NCBI GenBank assembly: GCA_963713825.1
Contig: CAVQNG010000014.1
Coordinates: 54,366 to 118,365, forward strand
Reading direction: 5' to 3'
Length of the DNA stretch: 64,000 bases
Source: an uncultured Acidobacteriota bacterium
GTDB lineage: Bacteria > Acidobacteriota > Thermoanaerobaculia > Multivoradales > JAHEKO01
Shown piece by piece: positions 8,733-17,787 of the stretch (position 1 is its first letter; each line of letters opens with the position of its first letter). The position numbers and the translations under genes are program-made. The notes under the pieces are model-generated. The model worked only from the letters and a program-made list of their open reading frames with translations. It was not told where the DNA came from and did no database searches.

Positions 8733-11700
8733 ATGGACAGCAAGGATCCCACCGAGACCGTCGCCACCGAGACGACTGCTCAGGAATCACGCCTGCCCCA
8801 ATTCTCCCTGGACCGTCGCATCACGGTCCTCATGATCCTGCTGACCATGATCGTTCTGGGGACGGTGGCTACGATCAGCATTCCTATCGAGCTCCTCCCA
8901 TCGGGCTTCGCCGGCCCTCACTTGAGCGTGCGGGTGCCATGGCGTGAAGCCCCATCGCAAGAAGTTCTCGACAAGATCGTTCTCCCGCTCGAGGAAGAGC
9001 TCTCCACAGTCGCCGGTATCGATCAGTTGAACTCCTATGCGCGAACGGGCTTCGCCATGTGCAACCTGATGTTCAAGCAGGGCACGGACATGGACGTGGC
9101 CTACCGGGAGGTGCGGGACCGAGTCGAGCGCGCCAGGATCCAGATGCCCGACGATGTGGAGCAGGTCTTTGTCTACAAAGACGACGCTTCAGGCATCCCC
9201 ATCTTCTTCCTGGGCCTGGCCATCGATCCGGCAGTCGTGGACGTTTACAACCTGGTTCAGGACGAGATCGTTCTTCGCCTGCAGCGCGTCGAGGGCGTGG
9301 CCTCTGTCGATGCCCACGGCCTGGAAGAGAAGGAGATCCTGATCGAGCTCGACCGGGAGCGGACCTCGGCCGCGGGACTGAACATCTACGAGCTCGCACA
9401 GCAGCTATCCGGCGATAACTTCACACTCTCCAGCGGCACGGTGTACCAAGGATCCAAGAAGCTACTTTTGCGATCGGTGGCTCGCTACCACAACCTCGAA
9501 GAACTGGAGAATCGCCTCGTAGCAGACAACGTGCGGCTGCGAGACATCGCCACGGTCACCTACGATCTGCCCGAGAAGACCTATCGGGTAAGAGCGATGA
9601 GCCGGCCCGCAGTGGCGCTGGGCATCAACAAGGAGGGCGACGCGAATACCCTGGAAACAGCCCGACGTGTCGAGGCTGTGGTCGAGGAGCTGCGGGAGAA
9701 CCCCCGCCTGCAGCTCATTGAGATAGCGACTCTGTTCGACCAGGGCGAGATCATCAGGGAATCGTTGGACACGATGTTCGACAGCGGCAAGGTCGGAGGG
9801 ATTCTCGCCCTGCTGGTCTTGTTCTTCTTTCTGCGGCGCGTTCGGATGACCCTGATCGTTACGCTGTCGATTCCGGTGAGCATCGTCATTGCTCTGACGG
9901 TGATGTATTTCGTCGGCGAGTCCCTGAACATCCTGACGCTGCTGGCGCTGATGATCTCTGTCGGTCTCCTGGTGGATAACTCGGTCGTAGTGGCCGAGAA
10001 CATCTTCAGATTGCATCGCGAGGGGATGCCACGGCGCCAGGCCTGCATTCAGGGCGCTGGTGAGATTGCTTTGGCGATCGTCATGGCCACCCTGACGACG
10101 ATCGTGGTCTTTCTGCCGGTCTCTCTTGTCGAAGGTATGGGCCAGTTTTTCCTCCTTCGGCTCTCGATCCCCATCTCCGTGGCCCTTCTGGGCTCTCTTC
10201 TGGTGGCGTTGATCTTCATTCCGCTTTTCGTCTTCATCACGCTGCCCGAAAAGGAGGCCGAAAACCACGAGAAGCCTCATCCGATGGCTATTGGCCTCAA
10301 GAAGGCCTACGACCTTACGTTCGGCAAGCTCAATTACTTCTACACCAAGACTCTGGCGTTCTTCCTGCGCCGACGGCTGGATCTCGTGCTGCTGGTGATG
10401 GCGGTGTTCGCTTTGACGGCCGCCTTGCCGATGAAGCAGATCAAATTCGTCGATGTGCAAGACGAAGACCGCGGTGGCTTCGAAATCAACGTCAACTTGC
10501 CGCAAAACACCACCCTGGAAGAGGCTGAGGAGTACTTCCTGGTGGGCGAGAGTCTCATCGAGGAGATGGCGGAGGACCTGGATCTGGACGGGTGGTTCAT
10601 TCAGCACCGCAGCACGTATGGGTCCTTTCAAGGATGGTTCAAAGAGGAGCGCACCAACAAGGTCAGCCCCAAGGAGGCAATGGAACGGGTCAAGGAGCGG
10701 CTGCCGGAGAAGGCCGGTGTCAAGCTCTACACAGGGGAGGACCAACAGGGCGACGAGCGACAGGGCAAAGGCACCCATACCTTCAAGCTCGAAGGCGAGG
10801 ATGCCGAGGCCCTCGAGGTGATAGCGGCCCAGCTGGAGGAGATCTTCGCTTCGGTCGAGGGTGTCGTGGGCGTGAAGAAGGTGGGGGACGACACGCCCAG
10901 CGAGATGGCTCTGGTGCTGGATCGTGAGCGCATGCAGAACCAAAACATCAACCCCATGGTGGTCTCAGCCGTTGTGGGCTACGCCTTGCGGGGTGAGACC
11001 TTGCCTCGCTACCACCAGGCTGGCAAAGAGATTCCGGTCGTCGTGCGCTTCCAGGAGGAAGACCGGGACTCCCTCGACGAGCTCAACAACTTCTGGGTAC
11101 CGACCAACGATGGCGCCGCCGTGCAGTTGTCCTCGATATCCGAGCCCCGCTATCTGGCTTCGGCGCAGCGCATCTTCCGCACCAACAAACGAACATCGAG
11201 GGAGATCACCCTGGAGCTCCGCGAGGAGGAGGAGGAGGAGACGCGGGCCCGGCTCATGGCCATGGCGAGCCTCATCGAGCTGCCTGAAGGTGTGATCTTC
11301 GGTATGGGTGAGAGCATGCTGGGCCTGAGTGAAGACCTTCAGAACATGCTGTTTGCCGGCATCGTATCGGTGATCTTCATCTACCTGCTCATGGGTTTCC
11401 TCTTCGAGAGCTTCATTTTGCCGCTCTCCATCATCCTCACCATTCCCCTGGCCAGCTTGGGGGTCTACTGGGCTCACTTCATCTTCGGGCTGAATATCGA
11501 CTTCCTGGGAGCAGTCGGGTTGATCCTCCTGGTGGGCGTCGTGGTGAACAACGGCATCGTTCTCATCGACTACGTGACGCGACTGAGGCACGCTGGGCAC
11601 AGCAGGCACGAAGCCCTTCTCCTGGCGGCCGAGCGGCGCTTCCGACCCATCATGATGACCGCCCTGACCACCATCGGCGGCATGATCCCGTTGACTGTTC

Positions 11701-11894
11701 AGGGTGCCTCCAGCATCGGCCTGAGCTACAAGAGCTTCGGCCTGACTCTGATTGGCGGTCTGACAACGGCGACCCTGCTTACCCTCCTGGTAGTGCCCGT
11801 CTTCTACACCTTCTTCGACGACGCCCGCGCCGCGGTCAGCGGCATCGTCAAACAGGCCCTGGGCAAGCGCCGCGCTGCAGCGACCACTTCGTGA
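8733..11894 (+). CDS. Efflux RND permease (HAE1, MdtC-like second permease)
   Basis: GAGGAG RBS 6 nt upstream of the ATG. AcrB-family TM and porter domains. It sits in tandem with the preceding permease, an arrangement that suggests a heteromeric MdtBC-type pump. Confidence 0.9.
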   Translation: MDSKDPTETVATETTAQESRLPQFSLDRRITVLMILLTMIVLGTVATISIPIELLPSGFAGPHLSVRVPWREAPSQEVLDKIVLPLEEELSTVAGIDQLNSYARTGFAMCNLMFKQGTDMDVAYREVRDRVERARIQMPDDVEQVFVYKDDASGIPIFFLGLAIDPAVVDVYNLVQDEIVLRLQRVEGVASVDAHGLEEKEILIELDRERTSAAGLNIYELAQQLSGDNFTLSSGTVYQGSKKLLLRSVARYHNLEELENRLVADNVRLRDIATVTYDLPEKTYRVRAMSRPAVALGINKEGDANTLETARRVEAVVEELRENPRLQLIEIATLFDQGEIIRESLDTMFDSGKVGGILALLVLFFFLRRVRMTLIVTLSIPVSIVIALTVMYFVGESLNILTLLALMISVGLLVDNSVVVAENIFRLHREGMPRRQACIQGAGEIALAIVMATLTTIVVFLPVSLVEGMGQFFLLRLSIPISVALLGSLLVALIFIPLFVFITLPEKEAENHEKPHPMAIGLKKAYDLTFGKLNYFYTKTLAFFLRRRLDLVLLVMAVFALTAALPMKQIKFVDVQDEDRGGFEINVNLPQNTTLEEAEEYFLVGESLIEEMAEDLDLDGWFIQHRSTYGSFQGWFKEERTNKVSPKEAMERVKERLPEKAGVKLYTGEDQQGDERQGKGTHTFKLEGEDAEALEVIAAQLEEIFASVEGVVGVKKVGDDTPSEMALVLDRERMQNQNINPMVVSAVVGYALRGETLPRYHQAGKEIPVVVRFQEEDRDSLDELNNFWVPTNDGAAVQLSSISEPRYLASAQRIFRTNKRTSREITLELREEEEEETRARLMAMASLIELPEGVIFGMGESMLGLSEDLQNMLFAGIVSVIFIYLLMGFLFESFILPLSIILTIPLASLGVYWAHFIFGLNIDFLGAVGLILLVGVVVNNGIVLIDYVTRLRHAGHSRHEALLLAAERRFRPIMMTALTTIGGMIPLTVQGASSIGLSYKSFGLTLIGGLTTATLLTLLVVPVFYTFFDDARAAVSGIVKQALGKRRAAATTS

Positions 11895-11981
11895 ACCCTC
11901 CGAGGTTGGGAAGGGGCTTTCCCCCTCCTGCGGGTGACCGCGAGGGCCGCCCCCAAAATGTCAGTCGAGTGCCTGGTGGGA

Positions 11982-12422
11982 CTAGAGGTAGTCCCGGAGC
12001 TGCAAAACTCGCAGCCCGCCGACAGCCGGGATCCTTCGATCATTGGTCACAAAGGTAGTACATCCGGTTTGTAGGGCTGCAGCAATTTGCAGGGCGTCAG
12101 GAGTCTCGAGTCCTTCAAGAGCGCGGAGTTGTGCTGCCAGTCGCACAAGCGGCCGGTCGAGATCGAGCAGGAGGAGTCCGCGACTGTGGCTCAGGTGGCC
12201 CTCGTACTGCTCGGCCAATGTGAGATTGCCAGCGCGGATTGGAACGACAAGAGTCTCGAGCAGGGTGATGGTCGAAGTCACTCCGACCAACCGCTCCTCG
12301 TCCAGGGCAACGAAGATCTCCTCGACCAGTGACAAGTAAAGGGGGTGCTCTTCAATGAAGTAGATGAAGACCGCTGTGTCGAGAGCGACAGGCCCCCCAT
12401 CGAGGTCGCCGATCAGTCCCAA
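11982..12422 (-). CDS. vapC: Type II toxin VapC (PIN-domain ribonuclease)
   Basis: C-terminal part of the 11982..12695 ORF. Carries the PIN motifs LDTAVFIYFIE and DALQIAAALQTGCTTFVTNDRR. A TTG start at 12422 overlaps the upstream antitoxin by 8 nt; the start is uncertain. Confidence 0.6.
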   Translation of the reverse strand: MGLIGDLDGGPVALDTAVFIYFIEEHPLYLSLVEEIFVALDEERLVGVTSTITLLETLVVPIRAGNLTLAEQYEGHLSHSRGLLLLDLDRPLVRLAAQLRALEGLETPDALQIAAALQTGCTTFVTNDRRIPAVGGLRVLQLRDYL

Positions 12423-12643
12423 GAATCGCGCTCCTCGGCCACATGTCGTGCTGCATCGAGATCGACCCAGGCTGACCTTCCGAGGCCACGAAGCTCGAGA
12501 ATCGAGCCTTGTTTTCTGGGCTCTAGAGTCTCGGCAAGAAGATGGATGACCTCCTGGGAGACTGAGCGGCGATCCACTTTGGCGCGCTCGCGAAGTTTCT
12601 CGTACAACTTGTCGGGGAAGTTCTTGATGTTGAGCACAGACAT
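12413..12643 (-). CDS. vapB: Type II antitoxin VapB (ribbon-helix-helix, FitA/StbC-like)
   Basis: MSVLNIKNFPDKLYEKLRERAKVDRRSVSQEVIHLLAETL is a classic RHH antitoxin. GGAGG RBS. Immediately upstream of the PIN toxin. Confidence 0.7.
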   Translation of the reverse strand: MSVLNIKNFPDKLYEKLRERAKVDRRSVSQEVIHLLAETLEPRKQGSILELRGLGRSAWVDLDAARHVAEERDSWD

Positions 12644-12650
12644 GTTGTGT

Positions 12651-12676
12651 CCTCCAAAGTTCCTCCAGTTTGGAGG
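12651..12676. promoter_or_regulatory. Inverted repeat (CCTCCAAA..TTTGGAGG) overlapping the vapB RBS; candidate autoregulatory operator
   Basis: 8-bp arms seen directly in the sequence, 8 nt upstream of the vapB ATG. Confidence 0.3.
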
Positions 12677-12862
12677 AAAGCAAAGCGAGAGTCAATTCCC
12701 TCCATTCAAGAAGACGGATTGAAAAGGAAGGTTCTCGTCATCCCTTGGCGGGTTCATAGGAGGTCAAGTCTTGGGAAGCCTCGCCTCCTCATCGACAGGC
12801 GAGTCACTTGGAGGTCGCGATTCGAGCGTAGCGCCGCAGTTGGGGCTGAGGCTGGTCCTGGC

Positions 12863-13639
12863 TCAGGGCGACCTGGAGATGCTTTCGTACCAGGCGTCGA
12901 TCTGCGTATCGGGAACGAACCCGAGCTTGGCTGCCAGGCCGAGGGACCCTGGGTTGTTTTCCATGGCGCCCCAGGCGGGGATCAGACCATGGTCCGCCAT
13001 GTGTCGGGCCAGGGAAAGGAAAGTCGCCGCTGCCAGGCCGCGGCGACGGTAGGGCTTGATGGTCTCGATCGAGACGTCCCACAGAGTATCGGTCGTGAAG
13101 GCGGCATAGCAGAAGGTGACTGGCAGCCCCTCGACGATGGCGATGGCCATGGGTCTCTTGGCCACCCAGTCGAGGTTGTATTCGTACCGGGAGGTTGCGG
13201 GGACATGGTCGAACGTGAGTCCAACAGCACTATGCCCTTCGGGGAGCAGGTCGATTCTGGCATCGACGTCGAGATCGGGTCGTTCGAGCTCTCCTTCCCA
13301 TCGATGCAGATGGACGCTGCTGCGTCGCCAGTCTGGCAGCGCTGCTTCCACGGCCATTCGGCTTTCCGGAGGTGCCAGGAGTTGCCACCCCTCTGGGACG
13401 TGTTGGCCCTGAGAGGCTGAACGACCGGCTTCGACGGCTTGCCGGATGAGGCTGACCCCTGGCATTGCATGGATCGCAGCGAATGGGTAGTCCCAGGATC
13501 GGGCGACGAAGCCTCTTTCCGGCTCTGACTCGGACCAGATGTCACAGCGCCCACTGACCAGCAGGCCCTTGAGATCGATCCACCTCGGCTCATCAGAGAG
13601 CGGCGAGGCTAGATGCGCAGGCGTTGGGGAGGGGCTCAT
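12863..13639 (-). CDS. GNAT-family N-acyltransferase with a ~120-aa N-terminal extension
   Basis: The C-terminus YRRRGLAAATFLSLARHMADHGLIPAWGAMENNPGSLGLAAKLGF is the GNAT motif A/B region (R-x-x-G-x-A). It sits between two VapBC pairs. Confidence 0.6.
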   Translation of the reverse strand: MSPSPTPAHLASPLSDEPRWIDLKGLLVSGRCDIWSESEPERGFVARSWDYPFAAIHAMPGVSLIRQAVEAGRSASQGQHVPEGWQLLAPPESRMAVEAALPDWRRSSVHLHRWEGELERPDLDVDARIDLLPEGHSAVGLTFDHVPATSRYEYNLDWVAKRPMAIAIVEGLPVTFCYAAFTTDTLWDVSIETIKPYRRRGLAAATFLSLARHMADHGLIPAWGAMENNPGSLGLAAKLGFVPDTQIDAWYESISRSP

Positions 13640-13670
13640 TCCTCTGGACGGGCGGGGAAGGGCTCTGAGT

Positions 13671-14072
13671 CTAGCTGGTGAAATCCTCGATGGTGACAGT
13701 CAGTTCGGGGCACTGTCTGGCGATGGCGGCATCACCGGTCACCAACGGTACCCCCAGATCCTGAGCCAGTGCGACGAAGTGGGCATCGTAGGCTGATATC
13801 TGTCTTTCGAGAGCGACGCTCAATACCTGGTCACCGTCTGGCTCGATCTCCTGATGGGAGAACACATCGCAGGCGGTCCACCAAACCGAAAAGGCCTGCG
13901 CTCGTTCGAGAACCCTGGCTCTGACCGCGGTGGCGAGGACATTGAGGAACTCACTGCGCCACAGGGTTGGCAGTTTCCAGTCGGGGTCCTGCTGATGGAC
14001 TCGGCGAGCGGCACCCGTTCGCTCACCCTCGATGAGCAGGTAGCTGACCAGATTTGTGTCGGCAATGATCAC
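13671..14072 (-). CDS. vapC: Type II toxin VapC (PIN domain)
   Basis: MIIADTNLVSYLL PIN N-terminus with conserved Asp5. ATGA overlap with the upstream antitoxin. Confidence 0.8.
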   Translation of the reverse strand: MIIADTNLVSYLLIEGERTGAARRVHQQDPDWKLPTLWRSEFLNVLATAVRARVLERAQAFSVWWTACDVFSHQEIEPDGDQVLSVALERQISAYDAHFVALAQDLGVPLVTGDAAIARQCPELTVTIEDFTS

Positions 14073-14302
14073 GGGCGGCCGCTCGTGCGAGCGCGGTCAA
14101 TCAGATCCTGGGTCAAGAGCTTGGCACCCTCCACTCGGAGAGCGTCGATCTGTTCCAGAGTAGGCGGGCCTGCCGGGGTGGAGAGCGCCTGCTCGAGAAG
14201 AACGAGGGCTTCCCGGCCAAGGCTGCGACGATGTGCCTCGGCCCGCTCCTTGAGTTTGTCGTGGAGTTCTTCGGGGACATCTCTGATGAGCACTCCTGGC
14301 AT
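14069..14302 (-). CDS. vapB: Type II antitoxin VapB (RHH)
   Basis: Internal start MPGVLIRDVPEELHDKLKERAEAHRRSLGREALVLLEQAL (ATG at 14302) chosen over the longer ORF. AT-rich promoter-like stretch at 14315-14350. Confidence 0.75.
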   Translation of the reverse strand: MPGVLIRDVPEELHDKLKERAEAHRRSLGREALVLLEQALSTPAGPPTLEQIDALRVEGAKLLTQDLIDRARTSGRP

Positions 14303-14423
14303 CTCGGGCGACCTCGCGTTCTTGGAATAGCGTAATGATAGCATAATGCTTACAAGCAAACAGGCCCAGTCTTCTGCAGAGGACGGAACTTGGTGTTGCG
14401 ATCTCGCAGGGCGAGGGCGGGTT

Positions 14424-15011
14424 CTAGACCGATTCCCAGGCGCAGGACACGAAGCGGCCATCGTGGGAAAGGGAGAGGTCGAAGGGAAGGGGTTGTCCTT
14501 GCCGTTGTGCTTGGGGGACCCTGTTCACCGAAACGATCTCGATCTCACTCGGGGTGATCTCGAGAAGACCTCCGAGGGCGGAGCTGGCCAGGCGTCGGAC
14601 CCGTTCCCTGAAGCCTTTCTCCAGGGACCCGGGGTCGGTTGAGGAATCCCCATCGAGGAGGAATTTCGGCTTCTCGCCGGCTTGGCTAGCGACGGCGTGC
14701 ACCCACTGGTCCGAGTGATCGAGCCAAACGCTGAATCGAGCCAGTCGATGGGTCACCTCAGCACGAGCGTCGCCAAGAATGACCTCGAAGTCGCGGGGTA
14801 TGAAGCGAACCTGTGAGTCGAGCTTGCGGAGAGCCTTGAAAGCGCTTTCCTTGGTCGCCCATAGCGACCATCGCATCTGGTGGACTTTGTCTGTGGCTGC
14901 TAGTAGCGCGATCTCGCGCGCTGAGAAGGCCCGGTTGTCGAAACGAGGGTGGATCGCGTCGGGCTGGCAGAGGGGATGCCGGAGGTCGACGACGTCGTTA
15001 CCGACTGGCAA
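14424..15011 (-). CDS. 4'-phosphopantetheinyl transferase (Sfp/EntD superfamily)
   Basis: WSLWATKESAFKALR (W/F-x-x-KE-A/S-x-x-K) and LSLSHDGRFVSCAW motifs. Last gene of the FAS-like cassette; overlaps the acyltransferase gene by 14 nt. Confidence 0.75.
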   Translation of the reverse strand: MPVGNDVVDLRHPLCQPDAIHPRFDNRAFSAREIALLAATDKVHQMRWSLWATKESAFKALRKLDSQVRFIPRDFEVILGDARAEVTHRLARFSVWLDHSDQWVHAVASQAGEKPKFLLDGDSSTDPGSLEKGFRERVRRLASSALGGLLEITPSEIEIVSVNRVPQAQRQGQPLPFDLSLSHDGRFVSCAWESV

Positions 15012-15744
15012 AGTAATCCTCTTCCATCCGCGCCAGCTTGGCGACGATCTGCTGGGCCAGATCCCGCGACCGCCGCAGGCCCTCGTGCAACGATTCGGGC
15101 TGAAAGAGCTCGAAATCGACGTGGAAGGTCTCTCCCAGGGCCGGAATGGTCGACCAGGTACGCTGCCCCTCGCCGCGGAGATACACGCACAGTGCTCTGC
15201 AGTCCTCGACAGCGCTCAGGATGCGGCCCGGGCCGTGAGCGACGGAATCCGCCTGTACTCGCCCAGTTCGGCTGCGCCCGCCCTCGGCAAAGATCAATGC
15301 CGTTTCGCCGCGGGAAAGCACGTGCTGCACTCTCTTGATTACGCCGGACACCTGTTGGCGCGGGCCGCCGCGCACCACGGGGATGCACTTCGTCACCCAG
15401 GCTGCAACGCGACTGAACCAGATCGACGCGAAGTTGTTGTACTCGGGGAGATTCCAGGGCATGCGGCGGTAGTTGAAGATGTACCACCAGGATCCACCTA
15501 GCGCCCAGGCCAGGATCGCCGAGTCCACCATGGTCAAATGGTTGGCGCAGATCAGGATCGGTCCGTCGCTCTGCTTGATCATGACTCGATACCGTCTCCG
15601 AAGCTCGGCCGCGTTCTCGATGCGGTAGCGCAACAGCACGCGCAACGTGAAGACGATCGGAGGAATCCAGACGATGGACGACAACCGACCAGCCTCGCGC
15701 TGGAGAGTCAGTGCGGCACGGGTGCGAAAGGGAAGCGCGGACAC
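14998..15744 (-). CDS. Lysophospholipid / 1-acyl-glycerol-3-phosphate-type acyltransferase (PlsC/LPLAT family)
   Basis: ICANHLTMVDS is the HxxxxD catalytic motif. FAEGGRSRTG is the FPEGTR-type acceptor motif. An N-terminal hydrophobic anchor is present. Confidence 0.8.
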   Translation of the reverse strand: MSALPFRTRAALTLQREAGRLSSIVWIPPIVFTLRVLLRYRIENAAELRRRYRVMIKQSDGPILICANHLTMVDSAILAWALGGSWWYIFNYRRMPWNLPEYNNFASIWFSRVAAWVTKCIPVVRGGPRQQVSGVIKRVQHVLSRGETALIFAEGGRSRTGRVQADSVAHGPGRILSAVEDCRALCVYLRGEGQRTWSTIPALGETFHVDFELFQPESLHEGLRRSRDLAQQIVAKLARMEEDYFASR

Positions 15745-15754
15745 AACTGTTGTT

Positions 15755-16003
15755 CTAGGAGACCCTTGCAGCGATCAACTGCACGGCGTCACCCACCGTA
15801 TTCACTGCGTCGGCATCCTCGTCCTCGACCTCGATGTCGAAGGCGTCCTCGAAGTCGAGGATGATGTCGACCAAGCGGGCCGAGTTCACCTGCAGATCCT
15901 GGAGGATGTTCGTGTTCTCACCCACCGACTCGAAGGCTTCCTGGTTCTTGACGAACGGCTTGATGATCTCGATCACCTTGGCGAAAATCTCGTCTCTCGT
16001 CAT
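15755..16003 (-). CDS. Acyl carrier protein (dedicated, cassette-encoded)
   Basis: 82 aa, acidic. EIIKPFV..LQDLQVNSARLVDIILDFEDAFDIEV has the ACP four-helix pattern, with the Ser in NSA at the DSL position. Confidence 0.7.
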   Translation of the reverse strand: MTRDEIFAKVIEIIKPFVKNQEAFESVGENTNILQDLQVNSARLVDIILDFEDAFDIEVEDEDADAVNTVGDAVQLIAARVS

Positions 16004-16027
16004 GGCTTCTTCCTGTCTCGCAGAGTG

Positions 16028-17314
16028 TTAGCCGTTCCAACGACGGAAGACTAGACACGAATTGACGTCTCCGAAGCCGAAACCGGCCTTGATGATGGTC
16101 TTCAGCTGCGGCATTTCTAGCACACTGTGGGGAATCGAGCCAGCGAAAGCTTCGATTTCCGGATGTACATCCTCGCAGTTGAGGGATGGATGAACGAATC
16201 CTCCTGTCAGCATGAGGACGCATGCCACCGACTCCATGCCTCCAGCGGCACCGAGCCCGTGCCCGATCATCGACTTGGTAGAGACAATCGGTGGAAAGTC
16301 CTCTGGCGAGCGACCGAGCGCTTTCGACCAAGCGTTGACCTCTCTTGGGTCGGCGCCGGTTGCTGTCAGATGCCCGTTGATCGCGTCTATCTCGCTCGGG
16401 TCGATACCCGCGTCATCGATCGCTTGGCGAATGCAGCGCTGCACTCCTGTGGGATTCGGGGCGGTCATGCTTCCGCCGCCGCGGTGGCCGCCGCAGTTGA
16501 TGGCACCGCCGAGGATCTCCGCATGGATTCGAGCTCCCCGTGCTGTGGCACTCTCGAGGCTCTCCAGGTGCAGGATCCCGGCGCCGCTGCCCGGCACGAA
16601 ACCGCCCGCTGAAGCGCTCATGGGCCGCGAAGCTCTCTCGGGTTCGTCGTTGAACTTGCGACAAAGCACTCGCATGGAGTCGAAGCCGCTCCAGTTGTAG
16701 TGACTGGATCCTTCGGTTCCGCCGCACAACATGCGCTTCGCCAAACCCGAACGAATGCGGTAGTACCCGTCGATGATCGCTTCGGAACCTGTGCTGCAGG
16801 CGCTCGAGTTGGACGTGACCTGGTTGCCGAGGGCCAGCAGGCCGGCGACTCGTGCAGAGACTCCGCTGCCCATGACCTGTTCCACCACCGTGCTCCCAAG
16901 CCGGCGGACGCGGCCGCTGTCGACCAGGGGCACAATCCGCTCGCCAACAGTGTCGAGGCCCCCGATGCCGGTGCCGATGATTGCACCCACATCCCAATCG
17001 ATGGCCGCATCGTCCAGCGGATCTGGTCGTTCATAGCCGGCGTCGGTCCAGGCATCCACTGCCGCGATGCAGCCGAAGCGGTGGCTCGAGTTCATCGCTT
17101 TCAGCTCGTCGGGCGCAAAGTACTGCTCGGCCAACTCGTCCACGTCCTGGGGCACACCGGCCACCTGGCAGGCGAACTTGAGCTCGGCCAGCAGGGGAAT
17201 GTGGCGAATCCCGGAGGTGCCTCTTCTCAGGGCTTGCTCATACGCTTCTGTGCCGGTGGCGTTGGGTGCCACGACGCCCAAGCCGGTGACGACGACACGG
17301 CCGCTCTCACTCAC
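16028..17314 (-). CDS. Beta-ketoacyl-ACP synthase I/II (FabB/FabF-type KAS)
   Basis: GTG start at 17314 (V-SESGRVVVTGLGVV) forms a GTGA overlap with the FabZ-like stop. Motifs: active-site Cys region NSSACSTGSEAI, Hs GHLTATG and IGHGLGAAG, and C-terminal GFGFGDVNSCLVF. The 692-aa track ORF is a read-through in this GC-rich frame. Confidence 0.85.
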   Translation of the reverse strand: MSESGRVVVTGLGVVAPNATGTEAYEQALRRGTSGIRHIPLLAELKFACQVAGVPQDVDELAEQYFAPDELKAMNSSHRFGCIAAVDAWTDAGYERPDPLDDAAIDWDVGAIIGTGIGGLDTVGERIVPLVDSGRVRRLGSTVVEQVMGSGVSARVAGLLALGNQVTSNSSACSTGSEAIIDGYYRIRSGLAKRMLCGGTEGSSHYNWSGFDSMRVLCRKFNDEPERASRPMSASAGGFVPGSGAGILHLESLESATARGARIHAEILGGAINCGGHRGGGSMTAPNPTGVQRCIRQAIDDAGIDPSEIDAINGHLTATGADPREVNAWSKALGRSPEDFPPIVSTKSMIGHGLGAAGGMESVACVLMLTGGFVHPSLNCEDVHPEIEAFAGSIPHSVLEMPQLKTIIKAGFGFGDVNSCLVFRRWNG

Positions 17315-17787
17315 CGCTTCACCCCCATTCCCGAAATTGTTCCCTCGCATACCAGGGTGCCGTCTGCGAGGGTCATGCTGGCTTTCGAGCGAATCTTGCT
17401 GCGGCGCCAGAATACCTTTGTGGCCGAGATGGTCACTTCCGTGTCCGGTGGCACCATGGCGAAGAACTCGACCTCGGCGTCGGCGAAAAGGGATACCGTC
17501 TGCTCGGCTTCCTCCAAGGTGTGATCGAGGGCGAACAGATAGATGCCCAGTGCCACGACGCCTGCTTGACCCAGCGCTTCCAAGAGGATGACACCGGGTG
17601 TGACGGGATCGCCTGGGAAGTGTCCGCGGTAGAAGTCGGCCTCGGGTCGAAATCGATAGGTTGCGACAATGTGTTCTTCGTCGATTTCCAGAATGCGGTC
17701 CACGAAGCGGAAGGGCTCCTGCTGGGGGAGCATCTCCAGAACCTGATCCGGAGTCAGTGGGCCGAGGACTTCTGCAGAGCCCTTCAT
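17311..17787 (-). CDS. fabZ: 3-hydroxyacyl-ACP dehydratase, FabZ-like hotdog fold
   Basis: FRFVDRILEIDEE...YRGHFPGDPVTPGVILLEALGQAG matches the FabZ signature (HFPG.P..PGV). ATGA overlap with the fabA stop. Confidence 0.8.
   Translation of the reverse strand: MKGSAEVLGPLTPDQVLEMLPQQEPFRFVDRILEIDEEHIVATYRFRPEADFYRGHFPGDPVTPGVILLEALGQAGVVALGIYLFALDHTLEEAEQTVSLFADAEVEFFAMVPPDTEVTISATKVFWRRSKIRSKASMTLADGTLVCEGTISGMGVKR

Noticed and set aside
12863-13639. GNAT as the ornithine-lipid N-acyltransferase OlsB, partnering the LPLAT as OlsA
   Set aside because: Attractive because an LPLAT and an ACP sit nearby. But the GNAT is separated from the cassette by a VapBC pair, and no OlsB-specific motif could be confirmed by eye.
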